DNA from: Octopus sinensis
Taxonomy: Eukaryota
NCBI RefSeq assembly: GCF_006345805.1
Contig: NW_021827383.1
Location: 1-10,490 of the forward strand
Reading direction: 5' to 3'
DNA length: 10,490 bases
In this document: one piece after another, positions 1 to 9,094 of the stretch
How positions within the stretch are numbered: the first letter of the stretch is position 1
How the letters are laid out: every line of letters begins with the position of its first letter
Translations under genes and position numbers: made by a program
The notes under the pieces: model-generated
The model's input: only the letters and a program-made list of their open reading frames with translations
Databases searched by the model: none
Told to the model about the DNA's origin: nothing

Positions 1-358
1 GATCACGAGCAGAAGTAGTGGGGAAGCATCATAGCCATGTGTTGAGAGGTATTCTTTGGGTTTGGATATTCACGTCTGGAAACATGGGTGTTTCGTTTAA
101 CATCCTTAAACAACCCTATTCAGGGACCTTTTGAGCGGGATGGGTTACACGACCAGAAGAAAATTCTACTTGGCCCCACCTGCAAGGTCCCCGCATGTTT
201 TGTATTATCTTGATATGAGATCACCATGTCGCGCACATATGGTTGTGATGCATGTGCCTGTGTACCCTTATCAGACGGGTAGTCATGATGGGTAGATCTG
301 GGTTCGTATATTTGTACCCCAGTGTCACTTTGATGGCATACACTGCTCTCTCACTCAA
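1..358 (+). mobile_element. 3' portion of an interspersed repeat (SINE/LINE-tail-like), truncated by the window start
   Basis: Higher-complexity, more GC-rich block with no credible ORF, ending ...ctctctcactcaata and running straight into a trinucleotide tail. It resembles an octopus interspersed repeat I recall, but only one copy is in the window. Confidence 0.4.
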
Positions 359-433
359 TACTACTACTACTACTACACTACTACTACACTACTATCTACT
401 AACAACAGCTAATCTGCTGCTGCTGCATACTAC
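359..433. repeat. (CTA)n/(CTG)n degenerate trinucleotide tract
   Basis: ctactactac...ctgctgctgctg read directly; lies between the 3' ends of two convergent elements. Confidence 0.85.
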
Positions 434-438
434 GGATA

Positions 439-652
439 TAATGGTTTTCAAATTTTGCTACAAAGACAACAGTTCTGTGGGGAGTGAGACAGTCGATTAC
501 ATCGACCCCAGTGCGTAACTGGTACTTATTTTATCGATTCCGAAATGGTGAAAGGCAAAGTCGACCTTGGCGGAATTTGAACTCAGAACGTAAAGACCGA
601 CGACATATCGCAAAGCATTTCGTCCGGCGTGCTAACGATTCTACCAGCTCGC
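439..652 (-). mobile_element. tRNA-derived SINE (family A)
   Basis: Minus strand begins GCGAGCTGGTAGAATCGTTAGC. A-box-like TGGTAGAATCG (646-636) and B-box-like GAGTTCAAATTCC (584-572), then body GCCTTTCACCATTTCGGAATCGATAAAATAAGTACCAG and a simple-repeat tail. Confidence 0.8.
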
Positions 653-690
653 AATCTTCACTCTTCTTACCACACAGACACACCTACACC

Positions 691-709
691 TATAATATAT
701 ATATATATA

Positions 710-762
<53 letters not shown>

Positions 763-825
763 ATATATATATGTATATATAATATATATATATAGGTGTA
801 GGTGTGATATTATATATATATATAA
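691..825. repeat. (TA)n microsatellite, with a 16-bp inverted repeat at 679-694/791-806
   Basis: cacacctacacctata ... tataggtgtaggtgtg are exact reverse complements around the TA tract. Confidence 0.9.
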
Positions 826-900
826 GACTACCACAGACTCGCACATTCACACAATCACATACACACATAAGAATCAATGGAATGACAAGAGAACTAATAT

Positions 901-980
901 AACCTTCATTGGTTTATAGAACCATTTAGCTCTGAGTGCGCTGGTTCTTATAGCGGAAACAGTCGTAAGCCAATGGAGTT
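901..980 (+). ncRNA. Degenerate hammerhead-ribozyme-like stem-loop (PLE terminus-like), lacking the CUGANGA box
   Basis: Outer stem ttcattggtttat (905-917) / gtaagccaatgga (965-977) with G-U pairs; inner stem agaacca (918-924) / tggttct (942-948); GAAAC-A-GTC (956-964) sits exactly before the 3' strand of the outer stem. Confidence 0.4.
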
Positions 981-1136
981 GATTGCGTAACTTCTCTTCG
1001 TTTGCCAATCTATTAAATTCTAATACATTCTGGACTCGGCTAATACTTTACTTTAAAGAATAAATACAACGAGTTTTAATAACTGGTTATTAGTATCTTT
1101 AGGCCTAAGCGAATTCCGAATATAATACAATAGAAT

Positions 1137-1548
1137 ACACACACACCACACACACACACACACACACATATATATTTACACAAACATATATGGATGTATG
1201 TAAATATATGCATATATAATATATATATATATATATGTATAATATATATATGCATACAGACATATTATATATATATGTATATATATATACATACAGACAT
1301 ATATATATAATATATATACATATCACCACTTTATGCATATATGTATATATTATATATATATATAAATATATATACGTACGTGTGGTATATTTATGCATAT
1401 ATGTATTTATATATATATGTATAATGCCATATATATATATTTATGTATATATATATATATATATATATATGTATTATATTATGATATTTATATATATGAA
1501 TATATATAATATTTATGTATATATATATATATATGTATATATGTATAA

Positions 1549-1590
<42 letters not shown>
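1137..1590. repeat. Compound (CA)n/(TA)n microsatellite
   Basis: Direct reading. Confidence 0.95.
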
Positions 1591-1596
<6 letters not shown>

Positions 1597-1671
1597 CGTA
1601 ACGCTAGCATGTATGAACCTGATGAAATATATAGTACCAGAGAAGCGAATAATGTTGTTGATGAGGCCAAT

Positions 1672-1775
1672 GACGACGACGACGACGACGACGACGACGA
1701 TGATGATGGTGATGATGATGATGATGATTATGATGATGGTGATGATGATGATGATTATGATGATGGTGATGATGA
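1672..1775. repeat. (GAC)n(GAT)n trinucleotide repeat with a higher-order 27-30 bp unit
   Basis: ggt(gat)6tat(gat)2 followed by ggt(gat)5tat(gat)2ggt. Confidence 0.9.
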
Positions 1776-1887
1776 GGAAATATGCGAAAGGCAGCGTTGC
1801 AGACGATAAAGATGGCAGCGACGAAAGTAGGGAAAAATGTCGGTGGCCATGAGCCCGAAGATTGGGGTGACGCTGACGAAGGAGGCT

Positions 1888-1950
1888 ATTGTTGTTGCTG
1901 CTGTTGTTGTCGTGGTTGCTGGTGTTGTTGTTGCTGGTGTTGTTGTTGTT
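1888..1950. repeat. (GTT/GCT)n degenerate trinucleotide repeat
   Basis: Direct reading. Confidence 0.85.
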
Positions 1951-2107
1951 TATAAAGGCTGTCCTTTGTCAGCAGCCTCGCACAATAGAACGGCACAGCA
2001 CCTTGCCACCATAAACATGGCGACCTTTATCGGAAAGACCCGGATGCAATTATAGTCCGACCTCCTAGCGAGCCGTAAACCATTCACCTTTAGACAATAT
2101 GGCCGAC

Positions 2108-2147
2108 ACTACTACTACTACGACGACGACGGCGACGACGACGACGA
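2108..2147. repeat. (CTA)n(CGA)n compound trinucleotide repeat
   Basis: Direct reading. Confidence 0.85.
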
Positions 2148-2235
2148 TATAAAGATGGCCGCCATTTTGGGGAAAGCTGTCTTTTCTGATTATTATTTAC
2201 GTAGATGCAGATCGCTTCGTTTGTGCAGAGTGAGA

Positions 2236-2480
2236 AAAACACAAACACACACGTATTAGAAAAACACACACATATTAGGAAATGCCAAGCGCACACATAT
2301 AGACATACACACCCATAGATATATATATAATCCACACAGTACGCACACGTATAGGTATACATCACCTATAAATATATCATATATACATATATATATATAT
2401 ATATATATCCATTTATCTACCTTTATATATATAAACATACATACATTCATATATAATATATATACATATATATATGCATT

Positions 2481-2529
<49 letters not shown>

Positions 2530-2595
2530 TAAATACAACATACATAGATACATGTACACATATATAATTACATATATATATATATATATTACAAT

Positions 2596-2633
<38 letters not shown>

Positions 2634-3240
2634 CATTTATATATGTTCTACTAGGTATATATATATATAGTTCTGTATATAGTTCTATATAATTATATAT
2701 ATATATATATATATATATAACACATTTATATTTATTCATAGTAGCATACATATTATTATATACATACCTATATATACAAGATATACCTTTATCAACATAT
2801 ATATGCATTTATATAAACACACAACAATTATACATGCTGAAGTATACATATATGTATACATATACAGCAAAGTACATATACGTTCATTTACATATGCATA
2901 TAAATACGTATACATCCATACACATGCCTATACACACACATACACACGCATACCTACATACGCATATATATATATACATATATATACATATATGTATGTA
3001 TATATATACATATATGTATATATATATGTATATATATATGTATATATATATACATATATATATATAACCAAACAAACACACGGACAGAAAATCACACGTA
3101 TATGTATACACACACATATATATGTATATACACACACATGAATATATATACCTGTAATAAATCATTGTACAAACTACGACACATAAATTGTCAGTCTGTT
3201 ATATACACGTGACTTGAATATATTTTAGTGAGATACTGTG

Positions 3241-3295
<55 letters not shown>

Positions 3296-3600
3296 TATAT
3301 ATATATATATACATATATAAACATATATATATATTATATAATATATACATTTATATTTATATATATATATGTAGCTCTGTGTTTTGTATACACACATACA
3401 CACACACGCACACGCATATATATATATATAGTTTATGTAATTTATACATCCTTGCCAATATATCATATAGGTGAATGTTTGTGGACATGACGATAGATTT
3501 TCATAGGGACATGTATATATATAAATATATATATACGCACGCGCGCGCGGACAGCCAGGCAAACAGACAGAACAGACACACACATACACACACATATCTA
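2236..3600. repeat. Extended degenerate (TA)n/(CA)n/(TACA)n microsatellite field
   Basis: Direct reading; source of the many YIYI ORFs. Confidence 0.9.
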
Positions 3601-3606
3601 TATATA

Positions 3607-3999
3607 TCTTTATATATAAAAGTCAAGTTGTGTGTCTGTCTCCTACGATTTAGATTCCTAACTACTCCCCCATTTTGCGGTGCAGTTTAAACCAAAACCG
3701 GGTATCTTATAGTCGTGATTCATATCAAGCCCTCTGGTATTAGCGCGCGTCTACGATGAGTCTACAATGATTAAAAATTACCATCATTTTTTCCTATTTT
3801 AATGCATTTTTTTCGGTATTATATAAGGGAAGTAACTCTCTAAAAATGTCTACGATGAGTGAACGATTTAAAAAAAAATTACCATAATTTTTTTTCCATT
3901 TTAATGCATTTTTTTGCTATTTTTTGGCTATAACTCTCTAAAAATGCTTATATAGTTATTTCCCTTACAAACCCGAGCAACGCCGGGCGATACTGCTAG
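3607..3999 (+). mobile_element. Non-autonomous Helitron, copy 1 (2 internal ~99-bp units)
   Basis: A|TCTTTATATATAAAAG 5' end (an extra TCTATATATA at 3597-3606), subterminal hairpin CCCGAGCAACGCCGGG (3972-3987), 3' CTAG|T (3996-4000), no TSD. Highly similar to 6537-7119. Confidence 0.85.
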
Positions 4000-4076
4000 T
4001 ATGTATATATAGAGGGATAGATAGCTACATGGATATACCGTTCTTTAAGAATGATTGTGTTGACAGTAACTTCGCT

Positions 4077-4102
4077 GTTTCGGCCTGCTATACCATCATC
4101 AG
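4077..4102 (-). ncRNA. Partial hammerhead-like core
   Basis: Minus strand CTGATGA-T-GGT-atagcag-GCC-GAAAC; no intact stem III/NUH/stem I downstream. Confidence 0.3.
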
Positions 4103-4104
4103 AC

Positions 4105-4200
4105 GAGACAAACAGACAGATTGATAGATTGATAGATCGATAAGTAAGTTAGGTAGCTAGGTAGATAAATTGATAGGTTGACCGATAGGTAAATAAATGA
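4105..4200. repeat. Degenerate (GACA)/(GATA)/(GGTA)n tetranucleotide tract
   Basis: Direct reading. Confidence 0.75.
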
Positions 4201-4265
4201 AATTCGTATACTGTACTTCGTGCAAGATGTCTGGGACTCATAGGAAAACTCAAATAGCCAAACCC

Positions 4266-4982
4266 ATGTATGTATGTATGTAAGTGTGTATATATTTATA
4301 TGTTTGTATGTATGTTTGTATGTATGTATGTGTGTGTATGTGTATGTGTGTATGTGTGTACGTGTTTATGTATGTATATATTTATGTATATTTGTATTGT
4401 GTGTGTGTATGTCTATATTTACATATGTATGTATGTGTGTGTGTATATATGTATGTATGTATGTATGTGTGTGTATGTATGTATGTATGTATGTATGTAT
4501 GTGTGTATGTATGTATGTGTGTATGTATGTATGTGTATGTATGTATGTATGTATGTATGTATGTATGTATGTATGTATGTATGTATGTATGTATGTGTGT
4601 ATGTATGTATGTATCTGTGTATGTATGTATGTTGTATGTATGTATGTGTGTATGTATGTATGTATGTGTGTATGTATGTGTGTGTGTATGTATGTATGTA
4701 TGTGTGTGTATGTACGTATATATATATTTACATATGTATGTGTGTGTATGTATGTATGTATCTGTGTATGTATGTATGTTGTATGTATGTATGTATGTAT
4801 GTATGTATGTATGTATGTATGTATGTGTGTATGTATGTATGTGTCTGTGTATGTATGTATGTTGTATGTATGTATGTGTGTATGTATGTATGTGTGTATG
4901 TATGTGTGTGTGTATGTATGTGTGTATGCATGTATGTATGTTTGTATGTATGTGTGTATGTATGTATGTATGTATGTATGTG

Positions 4983-5014
<32 letters not shown>

Positions 5015-5080
5015 TGAATGCATGTATGTATGTATGTATGTATGAATGCATGTATGTATGTATGTTTGTATGTATGCATG
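4266..5080. repeat. ~800-bp (TATG)n/(TG)n compound microsatellite
   Basis: Direct reading; stop-free in several frames, which explains the 237-291 aa MYVC/HTYI ORFs. Confidence 0.95.
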
Positions 5081-5293
5081 TAAGAATGTTATCTTCTGTC
5101 TTCGATTATTTAAATTCTTCCTCTGAAGAAGGGGCTGTTTTCTAACAGACATATGAAGCCCCATCCTTGGAATGTAGATGGAAAGCACATTGCCACATAT
5201 GAAACTTAATAGAAGTCTTGCATATTTTTACTGTTCCACTTACACGCTTTATTTGTACGTGTACGTGTTAGTTGATTGATTTCTTTATGTATG

Positions 5294-5325
<32 letters not shown>

Positions 5326-5329
<4 letters not shown>

Positions 5330-5590
5330 CGTGACCGACCAGGCCATCGAATGCTGCTACACATCGCTGGTCACAATGCGCTTCGCATTGTTTTAGCCTT
5401 CAAATGACCCCACCCTGCTGGCTAAGCGAGTAGGCCAACAGAAGAGAGAAGAGTGAGAGAAAGTTGTGGCGAAAGAGTACAGCAGGGATCACCACCATCC
5501 CCTGCCGGAGCATCGTGGAGCTTTAGGTGTTTTAGGTCTGGGAATCGAAACCGCGAGTCCGCTGCCCGAACCACTGGGCCATTGCGCCTC
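5326..5590 (-). mobile_element. tRNA-derived SINE (family B), head apparently shortened
   Basis: Minus strand GAGGCGCAATGGCCCAGTGGTTCGGGCAGCGGACTCGCGGTTTCGATTCCCAGACC. A-box TGGCCCAGTGG (5581-5571) and B-box GTTTCGATTCC (5551-5541); bounded by (TA)n and (CA)n. Confidence 0.75.
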
Positions 5591-5632
<42 letters not shown>

Positions 5633-5633
5633 A

Positions 5634-6282
<649 letters not shown>

Positions 6283-6536
6283 ATAATATAATATAATAAA
6301 TAAGAATATAAGAACAAATATTTGTCCCACAATCCGTTTCGGTTTATACTCAATGAATTTATAAAAAAATCACATTTAGGGTATGAATCTCATCAGGATA
6401 TTTGCCCCACACCCCCAAAAAAACAACAGAGTATTTTATGATTTAGCAACCTTTGCATGGGATTTTATCAGATATTTTTAGCAAATACTACCCTGATGAT
6501 ATTCTACCCACAAACATGAATTTTATAAATTCATTA

Positions 6537-7119
6537 TCTTTCTATATAAAAGAGAAGTTGTGTGTCTGTCTCCGACTATTTAGATTCCTAACTACTCCCA
6601 CATTTTGCGGTGCAGTTTAACCAAAACCGGGTATCTTATATCGAGCCCTTTTGGGTATTAGTGCGCGTCTACGATGAATCTACGATTAAAAAAAAAAATT
6701 ACCATCATTTTTTTCCATTTTAATGCATTTTTTTCGCTATTATATAAGGGAAGTAACTCTCTAAAAATGTCTACGATGAGTCAACGATTTAAAAAAAAAT
6801 TACTATAATTTTTTCCATTTTAATGCATTTTTTCGTTATTATATAAGGGAAGTAACTCTCTAAAAATGTCTACGATGAGTCAACGATTAAAAAAAAAATT
6901 ACTATAATTTTTTCCATTTTAATGCTTTTCTTCTCTATTATATAAGGGAAGTAACTGTCTAAAAATGTCTACGATGAGTCAACGATTTAAAAAAAAAATT
7001 ACCATCATTTTTTTCCATTTTTAATGCATGTTTTTGCTATTTTTTGGCCATAACTCTCTAAAAATGCTTATATAGTTATTTCCCTTACAAACCCGAGCAA
7101 CGCCGGGCGATACTGCTAG
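6537..7119 (+). mobile_element. Non-autonomous Helitron, copy 2 (4 internal ~99-bp units)
   Basis: A|TCTTTCTATATAAAAG 5' end; same CCCGAGCAACGCCGGG hairpin and CTAG|T 3' end (7116-7120) as copy 1. Confidence 0.85.
6667..7067 (+). repeat. ~99-bp minisatellite inside the Helitron
   Basis: Units start with gtctacgatga at 6667, 6769, 6868 and 6967 (3749 and 3848 in copy 1). Confidence 0.9.
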
Positions 7120-7411
7120 TTGAGTATAAATCGAAGCGAATTGTAGGATAAATATTTGTTTTTCAACTCCTATTCATGATATTATTTCATATTAAAGCAT
7201 AATTATATTATAATGTTGATAAATTCAATTTACAATATGTCATTCTCTATTTTCTTTTAATCTCTCTTTATTGAAAATATACCATTTTGATTTGTGACAA
7301 TTTTTTTCTCTGCAATATTTGGTGTTTAACTGAAGAACCAGTGGGAAATTGAATGTTTTCCATCCCTTAAAAGGGACCTGTTTTTCTTTGGATTGAATAT
7401 TATTTTGTATT

Positions 7412-7443
<32 letters not shown>

Positions 7444-7532
7444 TGTATGTATGTATGTATGTATGTATATATGCATGTATGTATTTATGTATATATGCAT
7501 GTTTATATGCTGCATATATATATATATATATA
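7412..7532. repeat. (TATG)n/(TA)n microsatellite
   Basis: Direct reading. Confidence 0.9.
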
Positions 7533-7758
7533 CTTTATTTTAAGCAGCAGAAAATTCAACAAAATCTGTTCTCTGAGTTTCTCGTTGCCGTTCATCAGAC
7601 AGTTTTTGCTAGCAAAAACTGTCTGATGAACGGCAACGAGAAACTCAGAGAAACAGATTTTGTGAATTTTCTGCTGCTTAAAATAAAGCATATTACTCTA
7701 CCACTGGTATTTGAGTACTCTTTTTTCAACCTTGTTTCACATTATGTGTTTACTCCGG
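7533..7758 (+). mobile_element. PLE-terminus-like insertion in (TA)n: 156-bp spacerless palindrome (7533-7688) plus a unique tail, with mirrored hammerhead-like cores
   Basis: Two 78-bp arms centred on gct|agc (7610/7611), differing by two 1-nt indels. Right arm reads ctgt-CTGATGA-a-cg-gcaa-cg-a-GAAAC-tc-a-gag-aa-acag; flanked by TA tracts. Confidence 0.65.
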
Positions 7759-7839
7759 TATATATATATATATTAATATATCAATAATTCATTAATATTG
7801 AAAACAAGTGGATGTATTCCACCGAAACTAGGTAAATAA

Positions 7840-7977
7840 AACCTTCGAACAGAGACGATCAGTGGCGTCACCTGCTGGGTCGACTACGCTACATTGACAA
7901 AGGGCAAATACCCTGAAACGCGTCTGTAGCTGTCTGACTAGCAGTGTGAAGCGGCTGACCTCCCTTGTTCGAAGGTT
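7840..7977 (+). ncRNA. Type I minimal hammerhead ribozyme fold (core mutated) at the tip of a long rod-like hairpin
   Basis: Stem I gctaca (7888-7893) / tgtagc (7925-7930); core TTGACAA (cf. CUGANGA); stem II aggg-caaata-ccct; GAAAC-GC-GTC with palindromic ACGCGT. Outer arms aaccttcgaaca (7840-7851) / tgttcgaaggtt (7966-7977) are a perfect match. Confidence 0.7.
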
Positions 7978-8154
7978 ATAATGGACACAGTTTGTGTGTC
8001 AAATAGCTATCTTAAGGCGATGGCCTCATGTAGCTAATCAGCGACAGCTTTTAGTCTTATATCTATAAGACTGCCATATTAATATGGCGATAACAATTAA
8101 TTTCCAGTAACGCTGCCGTAATCTCTTTTAGAGAGACTTAATAATTTTAATATT

Positions 8155-8163
8155 TCTCTCTCC

Positions 8164-8200
<37 letters not shown>

Positions 8201-8279
8201 TTTACTATATATATATATATATATGTTTTACTATATATATATATTATATATATATGATTTTACTGTATATCTATCTATC

Positions 8280-8316
<37 letters not shown>

Positions 8317-8317
8317 A

Positions 8318-8367
<50 letters not shown>

Positions 8368-8372
8368 TATTA
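8155..8372. repeat. (CT)n, (TA)n and (TATC)n compound microsatellite
   Basis: Direct reading. Confidence 0.9.
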
Positions 8373-8481
8373 AAGTTTTATTGTTTATTGTATAGGCAGT
8401 GTTCAAATGTGCTCAGATAAAAGTCCCGAGACGCAAATGTCTAAAAAATATTAGAGAGAATTTCAGATAAGTTCAACAATT

Positions 8482-8483
<2 letters not shown>

Positions 8484-8571
<88 letters not shown>
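8484..8571. repeat. (TA)n microsatellite
   Basis: Direct reading. Confidence 0.95.
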
Positions 8572-8573
<2 letters not shown>

Positions 8574-8581
8574 TGCCATAG

Positions 8582-8635
8582 ATCGATGCATATCAGTCTT
8601 TAAAATATATCGATGCATATCAGTCGTTAAAATAT
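8582..8635. repeat. 27-bp tandem duplication
   Basis: atcgatgcatatcagtc(t/g)ttaaaatat twice, one mismatch. Confidence 0.9.
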
Positions 8636-8639
8636 TAAA

Positions 8640-9060
8640 ATTTGGTGTTTACTCATTCCGGACTGTGAGGGGTTGACATGGCATATGGTTTTCGTTAGAA
8701 CTAGTGTTAGTTTGAGGGTTATAAAGATTTGTGTGGGCAGATTTCATAAACCTATTGATGGAAGCTAAGACCGAACCTAAATTCGGAGTAGTTCAGTACG
8801 ACAATTTCGCAGAAGATTTATTAAAAATAGGATAATATTTATGATTTTTAGGAAAAAATTTTCTTCAGGCGCAGGAGTGTCTGTGTGGTAAGTAGCTTGC
8901 TTACCAACCACATGGTTCTGGGTTCAGTCCCACTGCGTGGCACCTTGGGCAAGTGTCTTCTACTATAGCCTCGGGCCGACCAAAGCCTTGTGAGTGGATT
9001 TGATAGACGGAAACTGAAAGAAGCCCGTCGTATATATGTATATATATATATATATATAAA

Positions 9061-9094
<34 letters not shown>

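Larger units (their letters stand above)
1800..2170. promoter_or_regulatory. CpG-rich island with clustered YY1-like motifs (candidate promoter/enhancer)
   Basis: AAGATGGC (1809), AACATGGCG (2014), AATATGGCCG (2096) and double-strand AAGATGGCCGCCATTTT (2152-2168); many CpGs against a very AT-rich background. Confidence 0.35.
6313..7160. mobile_element. MITE/foldback-like element with ~93-bp imperfect terminal inverted repeats; right arm split by a Helitron
   Basis: Left arm 6313-6405 (aacaaatatttgtcccacaatccgtttcggtttatactcaatgaatttataaaa...catcaggatatttgc) matches the reverse complement of 6481-6536 joined to 7120-7160; ~75-bp spacer; no clear TSD. Confidence 0.7.

Noticed and set aside
1609-2055. 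Poly-Asp ORF (1609-1809) and Val-rich ORF (1837-2055) as host exons
   Set aside because: Driven by trinucleotide repeats; no recognisable protein or clear splice context. A low-complexity exon cannot be fully excluded without RNA data.
3534-3549. (GC)n alternating tract as a functional Z-DNA site
   Set aside because: Short, and explained as drift within the surrounding CA/TA microsatellite.
629-3690. Numerous YIYI/HTHT ORFs
   Set aside because: (TA)n/(CA)n artefacts.
4270-5188. Long ORFs (237-291 aa, MYVC/HTYI repeats) on both strands
   Set aside because: Translation of a stop-free (TATG)n microsatellite; no domain content.
5123-5217. CTGAAGA...GAAACTT-aatag-AAGTC as a hammerhead
   Set aside because: Core boxes and a possible stem III are present, but stem II does not close onto GAAA and no stem I forms (ttcct versus ttgca). 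At best a rearranged remnant.
6667-7067. Regular repeats as a CRISPR array
   Set aside because: Whole ~99-bp units repeat with no unique spacers; eukaryotic context, inside a Helitron.
7419-7787. Similar peptides on opposite strands (7419-7787 + and 7503-7691 -)
   Set aside because: A trivial consequence of the DNA palindrome.
7798-7834. TTGAAAA...gtgga-tgtat-tccac-c-GAAACTAGGTA as a second tandem hammerhead
   Set aside because: Too degenerate and without a convincing stem I; revisit if the family consensus shows CTGANGA here.
8867-8940. SINE heads as genuine tRNA genes (also 572-652, 5530-5590, 6130-6204, 10195-10269)
   Set aside because: No proper cloverleaf or terminator; each continues into a repeat body.
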